Assembly (NCBI GenBank): GCA_902796035.1
Contig: CADBNR010000074.1
Location: 1,771 to 65,770, forward strand
DNA from: an uncultured Bacteroidales bacterium
Lineage (GTDB): Bacteria; Bacteroidota; Bacteroidia; Bacteroidales; Muribaculaceae
DNA length: 64,000 nt
Reading direction: 5' to 3'
How positions within the stretch are numbered: the stretch's first letter is position 1; each line of letters starts with the position of its first letter. This document shows, in pieces, positions 8,467-15,969 of the stretch. Below the pieces are notes generated by a model. The model made no database searches and was not told where the DNA came from. It worked only from the letters and a program-made list of their open reading frames with translations. The position numbers were made by a program, and so were the translations under genes.

Positions 8467-9843
8467 ATGAAAGCAAGTAAATATATAATTGTTGCAGTGG
8501 TGTCGGTGATGCTGACAAGCTGCGGCATATACAAGAAATACGAGATGCCGGTGGAGAACCGGTATGTCAACGAGCTGGCACAGGCCGAGCAGCAGACAGT
8601 GGACTCACTGTCGCTGCCCTACCTGGGCTGGGAGCAGGTGTTCACCGACCCGATCCTGCAGGGGTACATCCGCAAGGCATTAGAGAAGAACACCGACATA
8701 GACAACGCCGTGCTGAACGTCAAGATGGCCCAGGCACAGCTGCAGGGCGCCAAGCTGAGCTATTTCCCGGCAGTCGCTCTGAGCCCCAATGGGGGCGCAG
8801 CCAAGTATGGCAGCGGCAATATGGATACATGGACATACACCATTCCGCTGTCAGTGCAGTGGGAGATAGACGTATTCGGCAAGATCCTGAACCGCAAACG
8901 CGGTGCCAAGGTATCTCTGGAACAGATGGAGGAATATCAGGCCGCCACACGCTCGCAGGTAATCTCGGCCGTGGCCAATGTGTACTACAGCCTGGTGCTG
9001 CTGCACCAGCAGCTTGACCTGACCGAACGAACATCCGTGATATGGAAGGATCAGGTAGAGTCGATGAAGCTGATGAAGGAGGCCGCCTACGTCAACGAGG
9101 CTGCCGTGGTGCAGAGTGCAGCAAACTACTGGAGCATCATGTCGTCGATTCCCGACATACGCCAGAACATACACGAGCTGAACAACACCATGGCATTGTT
9201 GCTGCACGAGCATTACAACGACTATGACGTGACCAACAGCCTGGAATTCAACCTCCCCGTGGATCCCGACCGGGGCGTGCCGATGAGCTATCTGGCACAG
9301 CGTCCCGACGTGCGCGCCGCCGAGCGCGGACTCGCAGCCGCTTACTACAATACCAGCTCTGCCCGCGCGGCATTCTATCCAAGCCTCAACATCACGGCGC
9401 AGGGAGGTTTCACCAACCTGCTCGGCTCGATGGTGCAGAATCCCGGCAAGTTCTTCCTGCAGTTGGCCGGACAGCTGACGGCACCCCTCTTCTCGCGCGG
9501 CCAGAACATAGCCAACCTGAAGGTGGCCAAACTGCGCCAGCAGCAGGCCATGAACAACTTCGAGAATACCGTCCTTTCAGCCTCGGCCGACGTCAGCGAC
9601 GCACTCTCAAAGTACCGGAACAACCACGAAAAGCGCGAATATGTGCTCAAACAGATAGAAAGTCTGGAAAAATCTGTGGAATATACGCAGGAATTATTAT
9701 CTTTGGACCAGAAAACTACCTACCTGGAAGTTTTGACTGCTCAGTCCAGCCTGCTGAACGCTCAGATGTCGAGCCTGAGCTGCTGGCACAACAAGGTGTC
9801 GGCGTGCATTTCGCTCTATCAGGCGTTAGGCGGAGGCCGCTGA
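8467..9843 (+). CDS. Efflux outer-membrane factor lipoprotein (TolC/NodT family)
   Basis: 458 aa. Lipobox LTSCG, two OEP repeats, and a C-terminal ALGGG motif. It is the third gene of the RND operon. Confidence 0.9.
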   Translation: MKASKYIIVAVVSVMLTSCGIYKKYEMPVENRYVNELAQAEQQTVDSLSLPYLGWEQVFTDPILQGYIRKALEKNTDIDNAVLNVKMAQAQLQGAKLSYFPAVALSPNGGAAKYGSGNMDTWTYTIPLSVQWEIDVFGKILNRKRGAKVSLEQMEEYQAATRSQVISAVANVYYSLVLLHQQLDLTERTSVIWKDQVESMKLMKEAAYVNEAAVVQSAANYWSIMSSIPDIRQNIHELNNTMALLLHEHYNDYDVTNSLEFNLPVDPDRGVPMSYLAQRPDVRAAERGLAAAYYNTSSARAAFYPSLNITAQGGFTNLLGSMVQNPGKFFLQLAGQLTAPLFSRGQNIANLKVAKLRQQQAMNNFENTVLSASADVSDALSKYRNNHEKREYVLKQIESLEKSVEYTQELLSLDQKTTYLEVLTAQSSLLNAQMSSLSCWHNKVSACISLYQALGGGR

Positions 9844-9857
9844 TATAAAAATCACCC

Positions 9858-9879
9858 CAAGGCTCCTTGCAGAGCCTTG
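9858..9879 (+). terminator. Hairpin CAAGGCTC-cttgca-GAGCCTTG downstream of the OMF gene
   Basis: A perfect 8-bp stem 15 nt after the stop codon. There is no clear T-run. Confidence 0.45.
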
Positions 9880-9948
9880 AGGTACCGATAGCCTATAGGT
9901 CCGGAGGGGCCTATCAACGGGCAAATATACCATAAAAACTCCACTATT

Positions 9949-10749
9949 ATGAACACAATCAGTCCATTGGCCTATGTGCACCCGGAGGCGCAGATAGGCG
10001 AGAATGTAACGGTAATGGCATTCGCCTACATCGACAGGAACACCGTAATAGGCGACGGCTGTGTGGTCCGCCCCCATGTCTCGATATTAGACGGGGCCCG
10101 TATAGGCAGAAACTGCCACTTCTACGAAGGTTGCATCATCGCGGCCACCCCACAGGACTTCCGCTGGAAGGGAGATCCATCCGGTGTGGTGATAGGAGAC
10201 AACAACACCATCCGCGAGCACGTCATCATCAACCGGTCAATCTATAAGGATCACGCTACCATCATCGGCAACGATTCCTTCATCATGGCTCAGACACATA
10301 TAGGCCATGACTCGCAGATCGGCAACCATGTTGTGCTTGGCAACTCCGTCAAGATTGCCGGCGAAGTAAAGATCAACGACTTCTGCATACTCAGCAGCTC
10401 GGCCTTGGTGCACGAAGGCTGCGAGATAGGGCAGTGGGTGCTGATCAAGGGCGGTTGTCGCGTCAACAGCAATGTGCCTCCGTATGCAGTGATGGCCCAC
10501 AACCCGATAGTATATTACGGCGTCAACGCCTTCATACTGCGCAAGGGCAAGTTCCCGGAGGAGACCATCGACAACATCGCGAAATGCTTCCGGCATATAT
10601 ACCAGAGCAACACATCGACATTCAACGCGCTGCGGCGCATCGAGGCCGACGTGGACCAGGGCCCGGAACGCGACGCCATCGTGAACTTCGTGCGCAATCA
10701 CAAATACAAGATAGCCGCCATCCGTCTGGACGACCGCGACATGATGTGA
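9949..10749 (+). CDS. lpxA: Acyl-ACP--UDP-N-acetylglucosamine O-acyltransferase
   Basis: 266 aa. Left-handed beta-helix hexapeptide repeats with IHPxAxIG-like starts, plus the C-terminal helical domain (FRHIYQS...) typical of LpxA. Confidence 0.9.
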   Translation: MNTISPLAYVHPEAQIGENVTVMAFAYIDRNTVIGDGCVVRPHVSILDGARIGRNCHFYEGCIIAATPQDFRWKGDPSGVVIGDNNTIREHVIINRSIYKDHATIIGNDSFIMAQTHIGHDSQIGNHVVLGNSVKIAGEVKINDFCILSSSALVHEGCEIGQWVLIKGGCRVNSNVPPYAVMAHNPIVYYGVNAFILRKGKFPEETIDNIAKCFRHIYQSNTSTFNALRRIEADVDQGPERDAIVNFVRNHKYKIAAIRLDDRDMM

Positions 10750-10798
10750 GCCTCAAGCCGCGGGCTTTAGGCACGGTGCAGGGCGCCGGCCGGCCTTA

Positions 10799-10852
10799 AT
10801 AGCTATGGTAGCTAAGATAGCTACGGTAGCCATGGTAGCTACGATAGCTGCA
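10799..10852. repeat. 9-bp tandem repeat (RTAGCYANG) x6
   Basis: Reads atagctatg gtagctaag atagctacg gtagccatg gtagctacg atagctgca. It is rich in TAGCTA/CCATGG palindromes and is intergenic, downstream of lpxA. Confidence 0.9.
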
Positions 10853-10870
10853 ACATACCGGGAACACACC

Positions 10871-10899
10871 GGGAGGCAAAAACTCAGTTTTTGCCTCCC
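10871..10899 (+). terminator. 13-bp perfect hairpin GGGAGGCAAAAAC-tca-GTTTTTGCCTCCC (lpxA terminator)
   Basis: Read directly from the sequence. The GC-rich base and T-run inside the descending arm resemble an intrinsic terminator. Confidence 0.6.
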
Positions 10900-10926
10900 A
10901 AGCTTGCGTATAACGGAATTTTTTTG

Positions 10927-10934
10927 TAATTTTG
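10927..10934 (+). promoter_or_regulatory. -7 promoter box TAATTTTG (TTTTTGTAATTTTGCAGA) for rpmB-rpmG-DUF4295
   Basis: Matches TAnnTTTG, about 130 nt upstream of the rpmB ATG. Confidence 0.5.
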
Positions 10935-11067
10935 CAGACGTTTTGTGGAGCATCCTGAAAAGTTGCTGAAAAAGATGCGTTCAGCGATGATATGAGAACT
11001 GAGATGTCTACACAAATGATAGAATTCATTTATAGTATTCACATCGAAACAAGAATAAGTTACAGCC

Positions 11068-11331
11068 ATGGCTAAAACTTGTCAGATCACAGGCAAAAAG
11101 GCATCGGTGGGCAATAACGTTTCCCACTCGAAGCGCCGCACGAAACGCAAGTTCGAGGTAAACTTGCACACGAAGAAATTCTATTGGGTAGAGCAGAACA
11201 TGTGGATAGAGCTGACCCTGAGCTGCGCCGCTCTGCGCACCATCAACAAGATTGGTCTCAACGCCGCTATCCGCAAGGCTGAAGCCGAGGGTAACCTCGA
11301 TCTTCGTGATATCAAAATTCTTTCCTTCTAA
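11068..11331 (+). CDS. rpmB: 50S ribosomal protein L28
   Basis: 87 aa. [33 protein letters not shown] is the canonical L28 N-terminus. Confidence 0.97.
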   Translation: MAKTCQITGKKASVGNNVSHSKRRTKRKFEVNLHTKKFYWVEQNMWIELTLSCAALRTINKIGLNAAIRKAEAEGNLDLRDIKILSF

Positions 11332-11346
11332 AGCATCGCGAACAAA

Positions 11347-11535
11347 ATGGCAAAGAAAGCAAAAGGCAATCGCGTTCAGGTAATTCTGGAATGCACCGAA
11401 CATAAGGCAAGCGGCATGCCCGGTATGTCACGTTACATCACCACAAAGAACCGCAAGAATACAACAGGTCGTCTGGAACTCAAGAAGTACAACCCGATCC
11501 TGAAGAAGTACACCATCCACAAGGAAATCAAATAA
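11347..11535 (+). CDS. rpmG: 50S ribosomal protein L33
   Basis: 62 aa. [19 protein letters not shown]...[34 protein letters not shown] is canonical L33. Confidence 0.97.
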   Translation: MAKKAKGNRVQVILECTEHKASGMPGMSRYITTKNRKNTTGRLELKKYNPILKKYTIHKEIK

Positions 11536-11548
11536 TACCCCCTGACCA

Positions 11549-11698
11549 ATGGCAAAGAAAACAGTGGCCTCTATCCAGAAAGGTGAGGGCCGTACATATT
11601 CGAAAGTAATCAAGATGGAGAAGTCGCCTAAGACCGGCGCTTACGTCTTCAAAGAGGAGATGGTACCCAACGATGCAGTTAAGGACGCATTGAAGTAA
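11549..11698 (+). CDS. DUF4295-family small protein (49 aa), conserved partner of rpmB-rpmG in Bacteroidota
   Basis: Below the ORF-track size cut-off. My translation is MAKKTVASIQKGEGRTYSKVIKMEKSPKTGAYVFKEEMVPNDAVKDALK*. It starts 14 nt after rpmG, and the position and sequence fit DUF4295. Confidence 0.8.
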   Translation: MAKKTVASIQKGEGRTYSKVIKMEKSPKTGAYVFKEEMVPNDAVKDALK

Positions 11699-11707
11699 AC
11701 AACAATT

Positions 11708-11763
11708 CCCTATATAATGAAACCGGGGCTGACTTAAGTCAGCCCCGGTTTCATTATATAGGG
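11708..11763. terminator. 56-bp perfect palindrome (28-bp arms, no spacer), a bidirectional terminator candidate
   Basis: CCCTATATAATGAAACCGGGGCTGACTT|AAGTCAGCCCCGGTTTCATTATATAGGG was checked base by base. It lies between convergent DUF4295 (+) and tsaC (-). Confidence 0.7.
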
Positions 11764-11870
11764 GCCAAGGAGATATAGACGTAGCTAAAGGCCCCTTGCC
11801 CGAACTAACCCGCCTGATGACGGAACAGGCCTAATAACTACCCCGCATGGTAACGGGGCATGGGTTATTT

Positions 11871-12467
11871 CTATCGGATTACCTTGACGAGACCGCCGTC
11901 GGAGATCTTTATGATGTCGGAGGCGGCGGCGGGGAGGTTGTTGCCACGGCCATACTCTACAATATAGTCCACTTTTGACTTGATATCGCTGCTGATTTCG
12001 GAGAACGTCTTGGGCGACTTCATGCCGCTGCGATTGGCGGATGTGGAGACTATGGGTTTGCCGAAACGCTGGCATAGTGTACGGCTGAAGTTCTCGGACG
12101 TGATGCGGATGCCTACGCTGCCGTCAGGAGCCAGCATATTGTGGGCAAGCCCTTTTGGATGGTCGTAGATGATGGTGAGGGGGCGCACGGCCGCCTCGAT
12201 CAATTCCCAGCTGATCTCAGGTATATGTTGCACGCAGTTCTGCAATTGTCCCTCGTTGCCTACCAGGGCCAGCATGGCCTTGGATTCGGAACGGCCCTTT
12301 ATGAGGTATATCTTCTCTACAGCCTCCGGATTGGTGGCGTCGCAGCCGAGACCCCAGATGGTGTCGGTGGGATATAATATGATGCCGCCGTTGCGCAGCG
12401 TCTCGAGCGCGCGGGACATGTCGTCGCGCGAATAGCGTGGAACCGAGTGGTTGGTAATCTCTTTCAT
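11871..12467 (-). CDS. tsaC: L-threonylcarbamoyladenylate synthase (TsaC/YrdC family), paralogue 1
   Basis: 198 aa. ILYPTDTIWGLGCDATNPEAVEKIYLIKGRSESKAMLALV is the YrdC signature. Its ATG overlaps the TGA of the upstream PAP2 gene (ATGA). Confidence 0.88.
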   Translation of the reverse strand: MKEITNHSVPRYSRDDMSRALETLRNGGIILYPTDTIWGLGCDATNPEAVEKIYLIKGRSESKAMLALVGNEGQLQNCVQHIPEISWELIEAAVRPLTIIYDHPKGLAHNMLAPDGSVGIRITSENFSRTLCQRFGKPIVSTSANRSGMKSPKTFSEISSDIKSKVDYIVEYGRGNNLPAAASDIIKISDGGLVKVIR

Positions 12468-13165
12468 TTAATTAAAAATAAGAAGCCCGTCAGGAGGGTT
12501 GCGACCAGAATGGCAGTTGGAATCAATATGGGAGCGAGGGCCAGGGTGTAATTCGTATTTACGAAGTTGAACTGCACGTGCCGTACACGATAGCCTCGGC
12601 TGTCGCGGATGCGGCGGGCGTTTGCTCCGGCCCGCTGCGCCACGAGAGCTATGGAGATGCCCAACGTCGAGCCTATCGTGGCGCCCATCAGCAGGTCGGT
12701 GGGATAATGCACGCCCAGATACATGCGCGTGTAGCACACAAACAGGCCCCAGAGCAACAGCATCACTGCGAAACGTCCGGAGCGCGTAAACGTGACAAGT
12801 GATCCTATCAGTGCGAATGTGTTGGCGGAATGGCACGACGGGAAGCCGTATCGTCCGCCTCTGTATCCGTTTACTATCGTGACATACTGACTGAAGGGAT
12901 TGTCAAGGTTGGAGGGGCGCAGGCGTCCGAACCAGGGGCGTATTATTGAGGCGCAGATATAATCGGTGAGGCCGACGGCCGCAATGATGGCGCCGAGCAT
13001 CATCAGGGCACGGACCCAGCCATATTTATATATCAGCGCCGCGAAGCAGGCTCCGTAGAACGGCACCCATATCCAGGGCGACGTGTATACCGGCATCAGT
13101 ATGTCGAGCAGCGGAGATCTGTGTCCGTTGAAAAAAAGAAATATGCGTTCGTCTAATGAAAACAT
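12464..13165 (-). CDS. PAP2-superfamily phosphatase (membrane)
   Basis: 233 aa. The three PAP2 motifs are present (RLRPS, PSCHSANTF, GVHYPTDLL), along with multiple TM helices. Confidence 0.85.
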   Translation of the reverse strand: MFSLDERIFLFFNGHRSPLLDILMPVYTSPWIWVPFYGACFAALIYKYGWVRALMMLGAIIAAVGLTDYICASIIRPWFGRLRPSNLDNPFSQYVTIVNGYRGGRYGFPSCHSANTFALIGSLVTFTRSGRFAVMLLLWGLFVCYTRMYLGVHYPTDLLMGATIGSTLGISIALVAQRAGANARRIRDSRGYRVRHVQFNFVNTNYTLALAPILIPTAILVATLLTGFLFLIK

Positions 13166-13216
13166 TCTGAAAGAAGAAGTTGGGTTACAGGCTGTCGCAA
13201 ACGGCAGTCATGGATA

Positions 13217-15184
13217 TCAGTTTTCATTCAAGCCGTCGATAAGCTGCTGAATCCGGTCGAGCCAAAGGAGAGCCGATGCGTCGGAGGGCATTCGCCAGTC
13301 GCCGCGCGGCGAGAGGCAGATGGAGCCGACTTTCACTCCGTCGGGCATGACGGATCGCTTGAACTGCTGACTGAAAAATCGTTTATAAAACGTTTTCAAC
13401 CATTTATATATTGTCTGCAGGTCATATTTCTTATCGAAGGCCTTTGCGGCGAGAGCCGCTATCTTGTCCGGCGAGTCGCCGAAGCGCATTATGTGGTATA
13501 AGAAGAAGTCGTGCAGTTCGTACGGTCCGACGGCATCCTCGGTCTTCTGGGCTATATTGCCCTGACTGTCAGCCGGGAGTAGCTCCGGACTGATAGGCGT
13601 GTCGACTATATCGAGCAATACATCGCGCAGAGCCTTATCGACGGTCTGACGGGCGAAGCCGGTGACCAGCCAGCGTACCATAGTCTTTGGTACCGAGGCA
13701 TTGACGCCATACATCGACATCTGGTCACCGTTGTAGGTACACCAGCCCAAGGCCAATTCAGACAGGTCGCCTGTGCCTATGACCAGACCGTTCACTTTGT
13801 TGGCATAGTCCATCAGAATCTGTGTGCGCTCGCGGGCCTGCGAGTTCTCGTATGTAATGTCGTGATTATCAGGATTGTGATCTATGTCGCGGAAATGGAG
13901 CGTAACGGCGTCTCCGATGGGTATGCAGATGGCAGAGACGCCAAGCGTTTCCATAAGGATGTCGGCATTGGAGCGGGTACGTGTCGTGGTGCCGAATCCG
14001 GGCATCGTTATGGCGTGTATACCCTTGCGGTCAAGACCGAGCATGTCGAATGCCTTGACCGTTACGAGGAGAGCCAACGTGGAGTCAAGACCACCGGAAA
14101 TGCCGATCACGACATTGCGGCATCCTATAGCCTTAAGGCGTGTGGCCAGACCCCAGGCCTGAATGTCGCTTATTTCCGCACAGCGGCGAAAAAGCTCGGA
14201 CTCATCCCGATCAACGAACGGGGTAGGATCCACATGCCGATATGCAAGGGGATTCACTTCGCGTACGCGGTTTTCGGTCACGCCGCATTCCGTAAGCTCA
14301 TACTTGCCGGCGAGAGGAAAATATTCATTGAAAGAGGAGATGTGTATTCGGTCGTGACGCAGATGGGCCACGTCGATGTCGGCGGTTTGCATCAGTTCGT
14401 GCGTGTCGAAAAGCTCGCTCTGCTTCAATAAGCGGCCATTCTCGGCTATGATGGCATTGCCTGCGAAAGCCAGGTCGGTGGATGATTCGCCGAAACCGGC
14501 CGAGGCATAGACATAGGCGCACCGGCATCGTGCCGACTGGTTTGCCAGCAGCGACAGCAGATAGTCGTGTTTTCCTATCAGGGCGTCGGAAGCCGAGAGA
14601 TTCAGTATCACTTCGGCACCGGCCATAGCCAGGTCGGAACTCGGGGGCGCGGGCACCCACAGGTCCTCGCATATCTCGACGCCGAACTTTATGCCACGCA
14701 CTGAGAAGATGCGACGGAGTGTAACCTTGCCGTATTTCTCGCTGTAAGGAAACACACCTTCCGGCAGAGAGAGAGGCGACGAGAACCAACGCTTCTCATA
14801 GAATTCGTTGTAGTCGGGCAAGAACGACTTAGGCACCACGCCCTGTACCTTGCCGCCGGATATGACGAATGCGCAGTTATAGATGCGGTCGTTGCATCGG
14901 CACGGAGCGCCCACTACGATGACGGAATTGAGAGTGACCGAAAATCGGGCCAAGCGGTCTATGGCTCTGTCGGATGCCTCGAGAAGAAGAGAGTCGTGAA
15001 AGAGGTCGGCGCAGGTATAGCCCGTCACGGAAAGCTCGGGGAATAGAACTATATCGGCTCCGAGAAGGGAAGCATCAGTGGCCATGCGCATTATGGCCTC
15101 GACGTTGCCGTCTATGTCACAGGGGCGTACCGCCGGCACGCAGGCCGTGACGCGAAGCATTTCGGGAAATGTGTAGTCTGTCAT
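13217..15184 (-). CDS. nadE: Glutamine-dependent NAD+ synthetase (CN-hydrolase plus NAD synthase domains)
   Basis: The ORF-track version (to 15319, TTG start) carries a (KSL)n extension encoded by a 9-bp repeat. I call the ATG at 15184 (MTDYTFPEMLRVTACVP...). The C-terminal domain has the SGGLDST PP-loop. Confidence 0.9.
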   Translation of the reverse strand: MTDYTFPEMLRVTACVPAVRPCDIDGNVEAIMRMATDASLLGADIVLFPELSVTGYTCADLFHDSLLLEASDRAIDRLARFSVTLNSVIVVGAPCRCNDRIYNCAFVISGGKVQGVVPKSFLPDYNEFYEKRWFSSPLSLPEGVFPYSEKYGKVTLRRIFSVRGIKFGVEICEDLWVPAPPSSDLAMAGAEVILNLSASDALIGKHDYLLSLLANQSARCRCAYVYASAGFGESSTDLAFAGNAIIAENGRLLKQSELFDTHELMQTADIDVAHLRHDRIHISSFNEYFPLAGKYELTECGVTENRVREVNPLAYRHVDPTPFVDRDESELFRRCAEISDIQAWGLATRLKAIGCRNVVIGISGGLDSTLALLVTVKAFDMLGLDRKGIHAITMPGFGTTTRTRSNADILMETLGVSAICIPIGDAVTLHFRDIDHNPDNHDITYENSQARERTQILMDYANKVNGLVIGTGDLSELALGWCTYNGDQMSMYGVNASVPKTMVRWLVTGFARQTVDKALRDVLLDIVDTPISPELLPADSQGNIAQKTEDAVGPYELHDFFLYHIMRFGDSPDKIAALAAKAFDKKYDLQTIYKWLKTFYKRFFSQQFKRSVMPDGVKVGSICLSPRGDWRMPSDASALLWLDRIQQLIDGLNEN

Positions 15185-15205
15185 AATTTGGGTTGATGGT
15201 GATAA

Positions 15206-15304
15206 CCTTAAGGGCCTTAAGGACTTTAAGGACTTTAAGGACTTTAAGGACTTTAAGGACTTTAAGGACTTTAAGGTCTTTAAAGGCCTTACGGACCTTG
15301 ACAT
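15206..15304. repeat. 9-bp tandem repeat array (about 11 units; 5 exact CTTTAAGGA at 15224-15268 flanked by degenerate units including CCTTAAGG palindromes)
   Basis: Counted unit by unit. It lies between the nadE ATG (15184) and a minus-strand TAACTTTG box (15317-15324), i.e. in the predicted nadE 5' leader. Confidence 0.95.
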
Positions 15305-15316
15305 CGGAGAGTAATG

Positions 15317-15324
15317 CAAAGTTA
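15317..15324 (-). promoter_or_regulatory. -7 promoter box TAACTTTG (minus strand) for nadE
   Basis: The reverse complement of caaagtta matches TAnnTTTG. The TTG start of the long ORF-track model lies inside this box. Confidence 0.45.
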
Positions 15325-15399
15325 CAAAACAATTTTCGGACTGAAGCGTTAAAACTATAAAATTAACATTTCATATAAATAATTAAATTTAAGGTTGCG

Positions 15400-15897
15400 A
15401 TGAAAGGGTTACGATACATGGTTGCGGCGGTTGTGGGACTGGCAGCGATATTCAGCGTCAACGAGGCTCAGGCATTTGGCAAAGGCGAGATGTCGGTAGG
15501 ACTCACAGGTGGATTCGCATCGTATAACGAGAGCGGCTATGTCAGCATGAACTATCAGTGGGAATGCGCCAACCATGTGCGTATCGCTCCTGAAATAGGA
15601 TATATAATGAGCAACGACCACAAATCGGGGTTCATGATCAACGGAGACGTGCATTTCCCGTTCCAGCTGGTGCGCGGCTTCGGCATCTATCCTCTGGCAG
15701 GCATCGCGTTCAACAACTGGCATTACGATAAGCATTATTACGAGGAAACCAACCGCAGCCGAATGGGAGTTAACGTCGGTTTGGGTTTCGATGTATATTT
15801 CACCAATTTCTTCAAGATGTCGTTGCAAGGGCGTTACAGCATCATGCCGCAGACCAGCGGCGTATTCATCGGCCTTGGACTCAGCTATGTATTCTGA
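15400..15897 (+). CDS. Small outer-membrane beta-barrel protein (OMP_b-brl/OmpW-like, 8-strand class)
   Basis: 165 aa. Signal peptide ...VNEAQA, an alternating aromatic/aliphatic beta-strand pattern, and a C-terminal ...GLGLSYVF ending in F. Confidence 0.75.
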   Translation: MKGLRYMVAAVVGLAAIFSVNEAQAFGKGEMSVGLTGGFASYNESGYVSMNYQWECANHVRIAPEIGYIMSNDHKSGFMINGDVHFPFQLVRGFGIYPLAGIAFNNWHYDKHYYEETNRSRMGVNVGLGFDVYFTNFFKMSLQGRYSIMPQTSGVFIGLGLSYVF

Positions 15898-15898
15898 C

Positions 15899-15969
15899 AA
15901 TAAGCAATCAGCAATTAGTAATTTGCAATTACGCCAACGAATGGATCGCTAATCACTAATTACTAATTT
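15899..15969. repeat. Two AT-rich heptamer arrays (AATNNNN x5 at 15899-15933; CTAATNN x3 at 15949-15969) containing an 11-bp perfect inverted repeat
   Basis: AATTAGTAATT (15913-15923) pairs with AATTACTAATT (15958-15968). The right arm overlaps the last codons of dnaG. The arrays lie between convergent genes, so a bidirectional terminator role is likely. Confidence 0.75.

Noticed and set aside
10753-11069. ORFs in the lpxA-rpmB intergenic region (10753-10953 -, 10796-11029 -, 10884-11069 -).
   Set aside because: They span a repeat array, a terminator hairpin and a promoter box, and the translations are repeat-derived or low-complexity.
15206-15304. The possibility that the tandem arrays (15206-15304, 10799-10852, 988-1065) are CRISPR arrays.
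   Set aside because: The units are directly adjacent with no unique spacers, the unit length of 9-23 bp is too short, and no cas genes are present in the window.
15185-15319. The 700-aa nadE model with an N-terminal MHYSPMSRSVRPLKTLKSLKSLKSL... extension.
   Set aside because: The model starts at a TTG that lies inside the predicted -7 promoter box. The extension is encoded by the 9-bp repeat, and homologous NadE proteins begin near MTDYTF.../...LRVAxxxP. I kept translation from the ATG at 15304 as a low-probability alternative in the findings.
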